Below, piece after piece: positions 7,742-17,058 of a stretch of DNA of 64,000 nt (position 1 is the stretch's first letter; every line of letters starts with the position of its first letter). The stretch is taken from IMG/VR virus record IMGVR_UViG_3300026484_000402, positions 1 through 64,000 of that record. The stretch is one strand, 5' to 3'. Under the pieces are notes generated by a model, which made no database searches, was not told where the DNA came from, and was given only the letters and a program-made list of their open reading frames with translations. The DNA comes from a virus. The position numbers and the translations under genes were made by a program.

Positions 7742-10234
7742 CTATATGCCTTCCAAATTAATTATAAAATCAGTCATTTTCTTAGATAACGCTTTTCCTT
7801 TATTTAAAAACGATGACAACATTCCATCACTAACACTATCAAGCATTTTATGGTAATTGCTATCTATAATCATAAGAACTCTAACCATGCCATTTACTCC
7901 ATCTTTAAGTTGCTCTATATAACTTTTTATAACTGCAACAGGCGTGTCAAGAGTTGCTAAATAACTTATAATAGCAGATTCTAAAACTTTTTTATCTGCT
8001 ATCTCTTTCAACTGTTCAAGCATCTCAGGGTCTATATTTTGTACCATAAAACCATTTTCATCCACTTCTGGAGTTTGCATATTATCATCAGCTTGATTAA
8101 CCTGCTGTTGAGCGCCTATGTCACCCTGTTGTTGCGCTTGAGGCATATCTTGCTGAGTTTGAGCATTAGGTTCTTGTTGCGCTTGAGGTATACCTTGCTG
8201 AATTTGAGCATTAGGTTCTTGTTGCGCTTGCTGCATTTGTTGTTCTTGTGGTTGGGCTCCCTGGGTTTGAGCAACATAATTATCAAGCTGAACTAGTAAA
8301 TCATCTAATGATAAACCTTGTTGTTGAGCAGCTTGAATTAACTGATTTGGGTCTTGCCCTATTTGTTGACACAATTCATTTATTTTATTTATTTTTTCTT
8401 GTTCATTAGGTTGAGCTTGTTGTTGGACCTGATTGTTGACATCAATATTTTGTTCTTCTTCAGATGGTTGTTGTCCAGCAATAGCTCCGGCGGTAGCAAA
8501 TTGTTGCAACGTTGAAGTTTGAATATCAATCGATTGTTTCATTTGAGCTATTAACATCATAAGTTGTTGCATTGTAAGTTGTTGCTGTTGAGCCATTTGA
8601 ATTAATTGCGCTATTTGTTCATTAAGTTGATATAACGGAGTAACAGTATCCGGTTGCTTTGCTGCTTCTTTAATTATTTTACATATTTCTTCTTCTTTAT
8701 AACCCTCGTTTGCAAGCTTAATAACAAAACCTTCTTTTGAATAAAATTCTCCATTGTATTCAATTTTCCCATCTCTTCTTTGAGTTACTTCTGCTGTTTT
8801 TGTAAGCATAAAATTGTTAATATCTTCACTTCTAAAAAAGTCGCATCTATTTCTTGAACAACTAAAAGCTTCTTCTTTCACAAAAAACGCATTATTTTTA
8901 GGTATATACAAAATATCATTATTTCTAATAATTCTTGTAATTTCATTATCAGGAACGACAACTATCTGTTTAATCGGACCAAAAGATTGTTCTATAACAA
9001 TTCTTCCATTTTTTAATTTAATTAATTCTCCAAACAAATATCTTATATAAGAAATTTCATTACCATTGTTGATTAATAAAAACCCACTTTTTTCAGAACT
9101 TGGATTTTCGTCAATCCATTTTTTTATATGGAGTTTTATAACAGAGCTTATACTCATACCGTATTCATCTTTTTTTATACCCATAATAGGATTATCACTT
9201 TTACCAGAGGTTACACAAACTTTTTCAGAAGACAACATCATCTTTTTATCTTCTCCAAACTTTGAAGCAACAATATACGTATATGGGTTTAATTCTTTGT
9301 CAAATAAAGTATATACACCAGAATCCGATACCTCAGTCAAATTTTTAAGAAACGACTCTTTAACTAAATCTTTAAGAGTAGGAGAATTAACTTCTGCAAC
9401 TTTGGTCAATACATCAGAATTTTTTATATAAAAACCTTGTGTTGCTATTTTTTTAAATGCTTTTTCTCTCTCATATTCAGGCAATGTTTTTATTTCGTCT
9501 TTTGTAAAATACACAACTGGTTTTTTATTTGCTGAAGCGACTTTTGAAATGTCAGACAATTTAGCATATCTTTCGATTTCTGAATAATCAGATACCATTT
9601 CAATCATTTTTTTTATATTTTCATTTTTAGAAGCTATTTTAACAATACTTTTTGCAAACTCTTTATCTTTAAAAGCCATATCACTCAACATTGATGATTC
9701 GTTATTTGAAGCAGTCTTATTAATTCCAGGAAGGCCGATTTGTTTGAACTTAAGAGTTTTGAAACCGCTTAAAACATCATCAAAATTTATTTCTTTAGAA
9801 AAATTATTGGATGCAACTTTAGGAGAGTATGTCATAGGTGTAGCAAATAAGCTCCCTATAATTCCTTTATCTATAGCTATCTCCCCTTCCTTATTTTTCA
9901 TATCTTCTTTTGTCAAAACCTGACCTATTGAATTTGAAATAGAATTGACAAGCTTGTTATATAAAAGTTTTGTAAGAGCATAATACCTACCAGTATTATC
10001 GTAACCTATATACGACACACAATCTACATTTCCATCTCTATAAATTATCGGAATAGTTAAATCTATTCCTGAAATAAGTAATTTAAAAGAACCTAAAGCT
10101 TCCGAACCATCTGGATTTATTTCATCCAGGCTATATTTAACAATAAATTGAGCAAAAGCTGGATAATTTGAAATAAGTTGTGAATAAGCTTCATCCAATA
10201 TGTTTTGTTTCATTACATTAATTTTAACGCCCAT
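7742..10234 (-). CDS. Large head-associated (core/scaffold-like) protein with K-x-A sites and Gln-rich region
   Basis: 830 aa; at least 9 K-x-A sites; long Q-rich low-complexity tract; near portal. Confidence 0.55.
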   Translation of the reverse strand: MGVKINVMKQNILDEAYSQLISNYPAFAQFIVKYSLDEINPDGSEALGSFKLLISGIDLTIPIIYRDGNVDCVSYIGYDNTGRYYALTKLLYNKLVNSISNSIGQVLTKEDMKNKEGEIAIDKGIIGSLFATPMTYSPKVASNNFSKEINFDDVLSGFKTLKFKQIGLPGINKTASNNESSMLSDMAFKDKEFAKSIVKIASKNENIKKMIEMVSDYSEIERYAKLSDISKVASANKKPVVYFTKDEIKTLPEYEREKAFKKIATQGFYIKNSDVLTKVAEVNSPTLKDLVKESFLKNLTEVSDSGVYTLFDKELNPYTYIVASKFGEDKKMMLSSEKVCVTSGKSDNPIMGIKKDEYGMSISSVIKLHIKKWIDENPSSEKSGFLLINNGNEISYIRYLFGELIKLKNGRIVIEQSFGPIKQIVVVPDNEITRIIRNNDILYIPKNNAFFVKEEAFSCSRNRCDFFRSEDINNFMLTKTAEVTQRRDGKIEYNGEFYSKEGFVIKLANEGYKEEEICKIIKEAAKQPDTVTPLYQLNEQIAQLIQMAQQQQLTMQQLMMLIAQMKQSIDIQTSTLQQFATAGAIAGQQPSEEEQNIDVNNQVQQQAQPNEQEKINKINELCQQIGQDPNQLIQAAQQQGLSLDDLLVQLDNYVAQTQGAQPQEQQMQQAQQEPNAQIQQGIPQAQQEPNAQTQQDMPQAQQQGDIGAQQQVNQADDNMQTPEVDENGFMVQNIDPEMLEQLKEIADKKVLESAIISYLATLDTPVAVIKSYIEQLKDGVNGMVRVLMIIDSNYHKMLDSVSDGMLSSFLNKGKALSKKMTDFIINLEGI
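8129..8230. repeat. 45-bp tandem repeat (~2.3 copies) encoding QAQQEPNAQxQQxxP
   Basis: GTTGCGCTTG at 8131, 8176 and 8221. Confidence 0.85.
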
Positions 10235-10256
10235 TACATTTCCTTGTTTTTAATGA

Positions 10257-10265
10257 ATTATAACA
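10257..10265 (-). promoter_or_regulatory. Extended -10 TGTTATAAT
   Basis: Upstream of the 10234 ATG with AAGGA SD. Confidence 0.6.
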
Positions 10266-10281
10266 AAGTATTGAGATTTTG

Positions 10282-10488
10282 TTAAATATTTATTTCTTTA
10301 ATATCTCTTCCAACAGATGAGATATTAACCGATAATGCTACTTTTCCATCATATGACAACACTTGATTATTAACAAAAGGACAAAGGTTAAATATGACCG
10401 CTTTTTTTTGCTCTTTGAAATAATTATCAATATCTTCGCTTTTAAGTGATACTTGACTAACAGGGATTCCTTTTATTTGTTCAGCCAT
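10282..10488 (-). CDS. Hypothetical protein
   Basis: AAAGGAG SD. Confidence 0.6.
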   Translation of the reverse strand: MAEQIKGIPVSQVSLKSEDIDNYFKEQKKAVIFNLCPFVNNQVLSYDGKVALSVNISSVGRDIKEINI

Positions 10489-10537
10489 AGTTTCTCCTTT
10501 TTTTCAAATAATATCATTATTATAAATAAAAGTGAAG

Positions 10538-10744
10538 CTAAGATAGAAGTTGTCTAAAATATTCATCGTTTTGTTTTATTATATAAAAATCTATTTTTAC
10601 ATTTTCTCCTATTTTGTTATACAGTTCTTTTATATATTGTTTTGCTTTTTTCTTAGTTTTAAAAATTGCGACAACTTCTTTTTCATTATAGACATTTTCA
10701 ACATAAACGACATATATTCTTTTAAAATCTGTTTCAATTAACAA
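10538..10744 (-). CDS. Small hypothetical phage protein coupled to rep
   Basis: Overlaps the rep stop; IYVVY...VAIFKTKKKAKQY pattern common in small phage proteins. Confidence 0.6.
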   Translation of the reverse strand: MLIETDFKRIYVVYVENVYNEKEVVAIFKTKKKAKQYIKELYNKIGENVKIDFYIIKQNDEYFRQLLS

Positions 10745-11799
10745 TTTTCATCCATTACTTTTATGATTTTAGAATTAAGTTCAGTAAATTTGTTAACATC
10801 AATTTTGTATAAATCAAAATAGCATCTACCCTCTTTAAGAAAGTTATAATAATCTTCTATCTTTTTTGCAAACATATATACGTTATTATAAATTTCCATA
10901 CTTTCATCTGAATCTATGTAAACTTCTTCACCGTTTGTTGTTTTAGCAAAAATTTTACCATTAACATCTATTCCATACCATACAACTTTGTTATTAAGTT
11001 TACCGACAATAAAATATTTACCAGTACCAGAATATGTTTCACGTAAAAATCTTACAAAATTTTTAATATTTTTAACTTCAGGCTTATCATACCTGTTTTT
11101 TTTATTATCGGTTACATAAAATACAACATTATACACTCTATTTCCATCTGTTTCAGTTTTATATGTAACGTATATATCAGTGTGTTGATTTATTTCTTTT
11201 ATAGCTGGTTCTAATAATCTTCTTTTAATATCATAAAAATCATACTTATCAGAACACATGAAAAAATCTCTAAGTTCATCTATAGAATACGATATTTCTC
11301 TTTTATATTTTTTTTGTATTTCATATTTGTTTTTTAATTCTTCAAAAAGCCTTAATGAATATGGTTTTCTTAAATTTTTCATATTTTTTATATGATATTT
11401 AAGATAATTATTTTTATACTCTATCAATATAGACAACATATCTTTGTCTATATAAAATACTATGTCTTGTCTTTTTTTATATATAACTTTATCTACAAAA
11501 TGTAAAAACATTTCTTCATTGCCATTTTTAATTATTATAACTTTTGACATTAATTCTTTTATTGCTTTTTTAATTTGTTTATATATTACACTTATATCTT
11601 TGTCAAAAAGACTAAACAATTCATCTTTTTTTATAGAATAAATATAGACATCTTCTTCAGTTTTTGTAACAACTATGTTTAATAGCTGAATTGCATAAAT
11701 AGACAAGTCATATTTACTCTTCATTATTATTGAACTTTTTTTTATGCTAAATTCTTCATCTAGCTCAATTACTACAATATCATCTTTATTTTTTCCCAT
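10738..11799 (-). CDS. rep: Plasmid replication initiator, Rep_3 (RepB/RepE-like winged helix)
   Basis: KSSIIMKSKYDLS, LRKPYSLRLFEEL, YSIDELRDFF and DIKRRLLEPAIKEINQHTDIYVTY Rep_3 motifs; adjacent iterons. Confidence 0.9.
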   Translation of the reverse strand: MGKNKDDIVVIELDEEFSIKKSSIIMKSKYDLSIYAIQLLNIVVTKTEEDVYIYSIKKDELFSLFDKDISVIYKQIKKAIKELMSKVIIIKNGNEEMFLHFVDKVIYKKRQDIVFYIDKDMLSILIEYKNNYLKYHIKNMKNLRKPYSLRLFEELKNKYEIQKKYKREISYSIDELRDFFMCSDKYDFYDIKRRLLEPAIKEINQHTDIYVTYKTETDGNRVYNVVFYVTDNKKNRYDKPEVKNIKNFVRFLRETYSGTGKYFIVGKLNNKVVWYGIDVNGKIFAKTTNGEEVYIDSDESMEIYNNVYMFAKKIEDYYNFLKEGRCYFDLYKIDVNKFTELNSKIIKVMDENC

Positions 11800-11890
11800 T
11801 TCTTTCTCCTTCTTTTATTGTATCTTATAATGTAACTATAATATGTAGAAATTTGAAACCTCGTAATCACGGTACTTCCAGCGATTTTTC

Positions 11891-12008
11891 ACCGACAACT
11901 TTGCCAATAAAACAGGGGGTTAAACCGACAACTTTGCCAATAAAAATCGATTTTCACCGACAACTTTGCCAAAATAAAACAGCAACACCGACAACTTTGC
12001 CAATAAAA
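11891..12008. repeat. Four iterons ACCGACAACTTTGCCAA (plasmid-type origin)
   Basis: Identical 17-bp core at 11891, 11924, 11956 and 11987 (33/32/31-bp phasing) upstream of rep, followed by an AT-rich tract. Confidence 0.9.
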
Positions 12009-12200
12009 TTTTACCACATTTTTAATGATTTAAGGGGATATTTTTTTGAGGAAAAAAAGCTTTAATTAAAGAAAGTACAAAAGCTCCAAGTTCTGGATAT
12101 TTTTAAGATTTTTATTTTTATTTTTTCAATTTTAAATTTCCTAATAAGGTAAGGAAATAAAACTGATTTTTAATTGTTGATTTACATATAAATTCATATC

Positions 12201-12216
12201 TGATATAATTATATCA
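12201..12216. promoter_or_regulatory. Perfect palindrome TGATATAATTATATCA giving an extended -10 on each strand
   Basis: 16-bp palindrome between ori and the 12247 gene. Confidence 0.55.
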
Positions 12217-12246
12217 AATTGATAATAAAAAAACAAAGGAGCTTAC

Positions 12247-12678
12247 ATGATAGCTTTAACATTACAATCAGCATTTAACTGGGATAAGGAAACAGCTAAT
12301 TTAATAGGTCACCTAGCGTCTACTTTATCTAAAGAATCTATAGGGTTAAGTGACATAGTTTCAGCTATAAAATCTAAAGATACAGACAATGATGTAACTA
12401 TAGCAGATAATTGGATTAAATATTTGCTAAATACTGTATTTAATGGAGTAAAAGAAAAAGCTTTATCTTTAACTTCGGACAGTAATGTAACAGATGTAAT
12501 CAATAAATTAGCCGACGATTTTAACCCAGTTATAAACGGAAAAGACTCGTCTTTTGGAAATATATTAGATATATTCATTGCTAAAGAATATTCATTCCAA
12601 GAATACGCAAATGCACTTATAGGTGAAGTAATGAAAGCTGACACATACTGGAAAGGTGTTATATGCGATAATAATTGA
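12247..12678 (+). CDS. Hypothetical protein adjacent to ori
   Basis: AAAGGAG SD; own promoter. Confidence 0.7.
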   Translation: MIALTLQSAFNWDKETANLIGHLASTLSKESIGLSDIVSAIKSKDTDNDVTIADNWIKYLLNTVFNGVKEKALSLTSDSNVTDVINKLADDFNPVINGKDSSFGNILDIFIAKEYSFQEYANALIGEVMKADTYWKGVICDNN

Positions 12679-12694
12679 GCGGATTAAACTCCGC
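12679..12694. terminator. Hairpin between convergent genes
   Basis: GCGGA-TTAAAC-TCCGC. Confidence 0.35.
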
Positions 12695-13595
12695 CCATTG
12701 TTATCATAATATTGCCTTCTTCATCTTTAATCATTTTAACAGAATCGCTAGGTATCTGGTCTTGAACAATATCTCTTCCTTCTTTATATTTGGCAAAGGC
12801 ATCAAAAACTTCTAAGTAACTTTTCGGGTTTGTATCGGTATGACTATATTTAGCCACTTTATCACTATAACCAGCTATTTCTACAAAAGTCTCTATTCCC
12901 ATTTTTACAAATTTAAAAGAGACTCTACCTATTCTTTCTTTTTTACCCTCACGATATTTAAATTTAACTCTATTATCTGAAATTTTTTCAATTATTTTTT
13001 CATCAGTTATATTATCTATTTGAGCGTTAAATGAGGGGTCAAAATAAATTTCAACAGATTCTATTTCTTTTATTTCTTCTTCATTATACGTTTCATCTTT
13101 TTGTTTCTCAGAAGCTGTTTTTTGCAGCTCATAATTGCTGTCAGAATTGTCATCCTGATTTTCTTCATTTTGTTCATCTTTTTGATTCTTGTCATTATCA
13201 ACAACTTTCATTGCTACTATTGACAAATTTTTCATAGCTTCAATTTGTTCATAAGATAAGTCTATTTTTATAGAATACGCAGATGGATTCAAAGAAAGTT
13301 CTTCATTGTTAGTTATAAATTTACCGTTTTTATAAGTTGCGATTATATATCTTTCATACGGAAATCTAAGTATTACCAAATTGCCATCATCTAATGCTTT
13401 ACCAAGTTTATCTGTAACGCTGTTAGGTTTAAGTGTAGACTTTGGAGAAGGTGTTCCGTTTATTATAATTCTTCCATCAACATCATATAATGCAATTTTA
13501 CCATCAAAATCAACCATTATAAAATTTTCATCCACAGAAAGCACTTTCCCAATACCTAAGAATTCACATTTTACTTCTTGTCCTTTTACAAACAT
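12684..13595 (-). CDS. Hypothetical protein with N-terminal Tudor/SH3-like domain
   Basis: FVKGQEVKCEFLGIGKVLSVDENFIMVDF resembles the UvrD/PcrA C-terminal Tudor pattern; acidic linker with a KTAS site. Confidence 0.55.
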   Translation of the reverse strand: MFVKGQEVKCEFLGIGKVLSVDENFIMVDFDGKIALYDVDGRIIINGTPSPKSTLKPNSVTDKLGKALDDGNLVILRFPYERYIIATYKNGKFITNNEELSLNPSAYSIKIDLSYEQIEAMKNLSIVAMKVVDNDKNQKDEQNEENQDDNSDSNYELQKTASEKQKDETYNEEEIKEIESVEIYFDPSFNAQIDNITDEKIIEKISDNRVKFKYREGKKERIGRVSFKFVKMGIETFVEIAGYSDKVAKYSHTDTNPKSYLEVFDAFAKYKEGRDIVQDQIPSDSVKMIKDEEGNIMITMGGV

Positions 13596-13605
13596 TAAAT
13601 CTCCT

Positions 13606-13800
13606 TTACCCTATTCTTTTAGTTCTTGTTGATATTCTAAATCCTGAATGTCCTCTAGTGCCTATTGACAATCTCATTTTTGCTTTTTCTGATGGGCTTC
13701 TTTTTCTTGATAAAAAACCATATCCTTCTTTTTCAAGAGGATTACATTCATTGTCAACTTCATATTTTAACATTTTTTGAGCAGAAATTTTATATAACAT
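13606..13800 (-). CDS. Small basic hypothetical protein
   Basis: AAAGGAG SD and TGTATAAT promoter upstream. Confidence 0.6.
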   Translation of the reverse strand: MLYKISAQKMLKYEVDNECNPLEKEGYGFLSRKRSPSEKAKMRLSIGTRGHSGFRISTRTKRIG

Positions 13801-13859
13801 TGTTTTTTCTCCTTTTTTTTGTTTTAATTATACAACAACTTTTTAAAAAGGTCTAAAGT

Positions 13860-14594
13860 GTGATTAACATAGTAGTTTCCAGTAACCTTAAAACAAGTTT
13901 AGATTATTTATTATTAAAATATACTATTCGAAGTATAGAAAAAAACTTTAGAGAACCAGATTATATAATTCATGTTTTTTCCAATTTTAATCCAACTTTC
14001 CTAAAAAATATAATTTATCATAAGGTTCATTTTGAAAAATCACACGATGAGCTTTTTTCAATTCATAATTCTTCAATTGTAAATGCAGCATCAAAATTTA
14101 AAGATTTTATATTTATTCAAAGTGGAAACATAATAAATGACAAAATAACTTCGATGTATACTAAAAATGCAAAAGGATTTAAAAAAGAAAGGAACCTTAT
14201 AGATGAAATAAGTGATGTTTATTCAAAATACGCATACATGACGTATATTGAGATGTCTACAAATTTTGGTCACAATAAAACTATTATCACAGATTTGTTT
14301 TCTCCGCAATTTATAAAATCAAAAGATTTTAACAAGATGATGAACGACTTTAGAACTATACAAACAAACAACTATAACGCTTTAATGCTTTATAGAAATT
14401 ATTTTAATACAATAAAAATTACAAAAATAAACAGAATGAATAGTTTTATAATAGATGAAGAGACATATTATTGTTTTATGAAAAGGTTTAAGAAAGATAA
14501 AGTTTTTTTTATAGAAAAATATGGGCTTAAAAACCCAATTGTAAAAACTTATATAGAAAAGAAATTTGGAAACAAATGTTCTTTTGAATGCTAA
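13860..14594 (+). CDS. Divergent Stealth CR2-like (sugar-phosphotransferase-related) protein
   Basis: LKYTIRSIEKNF...IHVFSNFNPTFL resembles ELRYSLRSIEK; the NDD motif is replaced by QSG. Confidence 0.4.
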   Translation: MINIVVSSNLKTSLDYLLLKYTIRSIEKNFREPDYIIHVFSNFNPTFLKNIIYHKVHFEKSHDELFSIHNSSIVNAASKFKDFIFIQSGNIINDKITSMYTKNAKGFKKERNLIDEISDVYSKYAYMTYIEMSTNFGHNKTIITDLFSPQFIKSKDFNKMMNDFRTIQTNNYNALMLYRNYFNTIKITKINRMNSFIIDEETYYCFMKRFKKDKVFFIEKYGLKNPIVKTYIEKKFGNKCSFEC

Positions 14595-14848
14595 TGTTTA
14601 TTTGTTACGCCTAGATATTTTTCTGCGGTTCTAAGTCCGGCAAGCACTCCTCCAGTGATAAGAATATCATTTAATCTAGATATTACTTCAGACGGTAATT
14701 CTATATGTATTCCAAATCCAGACAATATAGCATACGCAGTGGGATATACAATATAAATTAACACTACTGACATAACTATTGCAGCGGCTAAAACCGGTCT
14801 CCATGCTGGATTTATAAAATCTATTATTTTTTTTACCGTAGGATTCAT
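14591..14848 (-). CDS. Holin (GTA_holin_3TM-like)
   Basis: 85 aa; WRP...hydrophobic helices...LAGLRTAEK signature. Confidence 0.75.
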   Translation of the reverse strand: MNPTVKKIIDFINPAWRPVLAAAIVMSVVLIYIVYPTAYAILSGFGIHIELPSEVISRLNDILITGGVLAGLRTAEKYLGVTNKH

Positions 14849-15891
14849 TTTGTCTCCCTTCTTGCTGGAACTGTTATTTTAATTATTGTTCCGTTCTCAT
14901 CTGAATTAACCACTTCTTCATTACCATTTGCCGAATTTATTATTTCTTTACATAGATACATTCCAAATCCTCTTCCATTGCCTTTTGTGCTTTTTCCTAA
15001 ATCCCATATATTTGCAACCATATCCGGTGGTATTCCTTCTCCATTATCTATTATATAGAATGTGAGAATTTTATTTTCACAATCATATGATATATATTTA
15101 ATTTTTACTATCGAAGCATTTGCGTCTAAGCTGTTTTGTATATGATTATTTAAAACATTTAGCATTTCAACGGGTTTCATTGTTGTTAAATAAAAACATT
15201 TAAGTTCTTCCGAAACATAATAATCAAAATTATATTTATTAAACATACTAAACATTGAAAAAACATTATTTGCTATATTGTATAACGAGTCCTGATTTTT
15301 TAGTTTGTTATCTTTTATGCTTTTTATCATACCTAACGTTTCAAACATGCTATTTATTGAATTTTCTATTAAAGAACTATTTATTTGTATATCTTTTATA
15401 AGTTTAATATTTCCGTCACAATATCCTGTTAAAGAACAATTTTTACAATCTCTCGTTTTTTCATTACAACCATATACTATTCTATCTATGTTTCTTTTTC
15501 CATCTCTCTTTGCAGATGATACGAGTGTTTTTATTATCCTGTTGTTTTCCTCAAAAGCATTTCTTATAGCAATTAAAGGACTCATTAGTTGATGGTCTAT
15601 ATTTTGCATTAACGAATATGTTATTTTGTATGACAGAATATTTTTTTCTTTATTCAAGTATGTTTCAAATGTAATCTTAAAAAGGTTTGATATTTTATAT
15701 AAAAAAACAAAAAAACTTAAAACAATGAATAATGATTTTATTATCCACATCATATGCCCATTATCACAACAAGGGCATTTATTTAAATATTCAAATAAAA
15801 GCTCTATTAAGAATATTGATATTATAAAAATTAGTGTTATTTTTATAGCTTCGTGTATATGTTTTTTTGATTTATTATAATTCTTAAACAT
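14845..15891 (-). CDS. Membrane-bound sensor histidine kinase with Cys-rich insertion
   Basis: Two TMs; H-box NIDHQLMSPL; N-box NNHIQNSLDA; G1 DNGEGI; G2 GRGFGMYL; C-x6-C-x2-C-x5-C insertion. Confidence 0.9.
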   Translation of the reverse strand: MFKNYNKSKKHIHEAIKITLIFIISIFLIELLFEYLNKCPCCDNGHMMWIIKSLFIVLSFFVFLYKISNLFKITFETYLNKEKNILSYKITYSLMQNIDHQLMSPLIAIRNAFEENNRIIKTLVSSAKRDGKRNIDRIVYGCNEKTRDCKNCSLTGYCDGNIKLIKDIQINSSLIENSINSMFETLGMIKSIKDNKLKNQDSLYNIANNVFSMFSMFNKYNFDYYVSEELKCFYLTTMKPVEMLNVLNNHIQNSLDANASIVKIKYISYDCENKILTFYIIDNGEGIPPDMVANIWDLGKSTKGNGRGFGMYLCKEIINSANGNEEVVNSDENGTIIKITVPARRETK

Positions 15892-15892
15892 A

Positions 15893-16594
15893 TTAATCCT
15901 TAAACAAGCATTCTATAAAAAATTTTGCCCTATCATCAAAATAAGGTGTTTTTGTTAACACATTGTTTTTTAAATAATTTTCGCCTAATAATTTTATTAT
16001 TTTTTCTTTTTCTTTTGAGAAATGGTTATCAAGATAACAGCCAGTAAAAATACAAGTTTTTATATTAGGGTTAATTTTATGCAAATAGTACACAAGGTCT
16101 ATTCCGTCCATAGTATATTTTTTGCCATTTTTTATAATCGATTCTCCAAAAACAATATCTACTATTGCATAATCAAGAGAGCACAATGTTTTGTCGTAAC
16201 TATCACAAGTTTTTTGTATTCTGTAAGGTGCATAACTATCTACTATAGGTCTTATTTCAACATCTTCATAATTAAGTTTTACCGAGTCTATAAGTTTAAG
16301 GGTTTCAATGTCAGTGTAAATATCGACGTTTTTAGTAAGTATTCTTTTTAAATCTTTTAAAACAAGCTCAGTAACCCCTTTATTGTCATCAGTTACTAAT
16401 AGATGTTTTTTATTATCGTCTTTAAAACCGCAAAAATAATTTAAATCTTCCCATTTTTTTAATTTTTCAAACGTCTCTTTTTGTAATTCTTCTTTAATTT
16501 TTGATACCTCAAATATATCTTCTTCAGAGATTTTAAATTTTTGTCTATTTTGAAGAAAATTAAATAATTTATTTTTTATATTGATAAGACTCAT
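15893..16594 (-). CDS. Receiver-only response regulator with internal insertion
   Basis: LLVTDD acidic pocket, YAIVDI phospho-Asp, MDGIDL, IFTG, LTKTP; no DNA-binding output domain. Confidence 0.75.
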   Translation of the reverse strand: MSLINIKNKLFNFLQNRQKFKISEEDIFEVSKIKEELQKETFEKLKKWEDLNYFCGFKDDNKKHLLVTDDNKGVTELVLKDLKRILTKNVDIYTDIETLKLIDSVKLNYEDVEIRPIVDSYAPYRIQKTCDSYDKTLCSLDYAIVDIVFGESIIKNGKKYTMDGIDLVYYLHKINPNIKTCIFTGCYLDNHFSKEKEKIIKLLGENYLKNNVLTKTPYFDDRAKFFIECLFKD

Positions 16595-17058
16595 TTTATT
16601 CCTTTCACACTTGAAGTAATATCTTTTACTACTTCTGTTGATTTAACCATTGCTTTTTCGTCTAAATGATAAAAAACCATTAAACCGCCTATAAAAAGCA
16701 AGATTCCTAACACTATTGAAAAAATTATTTTAAATGGAGATTCAATAAAGAAACGATACCACTTCTTTTTAGTGCTAGGTTTAGTTTTGTCATACAATAT
16801 ATAAATATACTCTTGTTGTATATCTATAATACACCATGTCATTTCAGAAATTGTCAGTTTTAATTTTTTCTGCTCAGTTTCTATTTTAGAAGCCAATGTA
16901 ATGATAAAATCGCTTATTTCTTCTACGTTTTGAGCTTTAGTTAAATTGTAATAAATTTGTAAGTCGTTATTAGATAATGTGTCGTTATGCAATTCTTTTA
17001 GAACGTTTTTCAATTTTTCAATATATTCTTTTAGTTTTTCATCTTTTACTGAAGACAT
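16591..17058 (-). CDS. Helical protein with C-terminal TM anchor; first gene of the kinase/holin operon
   Basis: IIFSIVLGILLFIGGLMVFY TM; ATGA overlap with the regulator gene. Confidence 0.7.
   Translation of the reverse strand: MSSVKDEKLKEYIEKLKNVLKELHNDTLSNNDLQIYYNLTKAQNVEEISDFIITLASKIETEQKKLKLTISEMTWCIIDIQQEYIYILYDKTKPSTKKKWYRFFIESPFKIIFSIVLGILLFIGGLMVFYHLDEKAMVKSTEVVKDITSSVKGIK

Noticed and set aside
11891-12008. Repeats as a mini CRISPR array
   Set aside because: Repeats are 17 bp with 14-16 bp gaps, too short for spacers; no cas genes; adjacent to Rep_3, so iterons
12010-12018. DnaA box next to the iterons (TTTACCACA)
   Set aside because: Single copy with a mismatch to TTWTNCACA; not distinguishable from chance
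11853-12065. 70-aa ORF with PTTLPIK repeats
   Set aside because: Simply the translation of the iterons; TTG start with no SD
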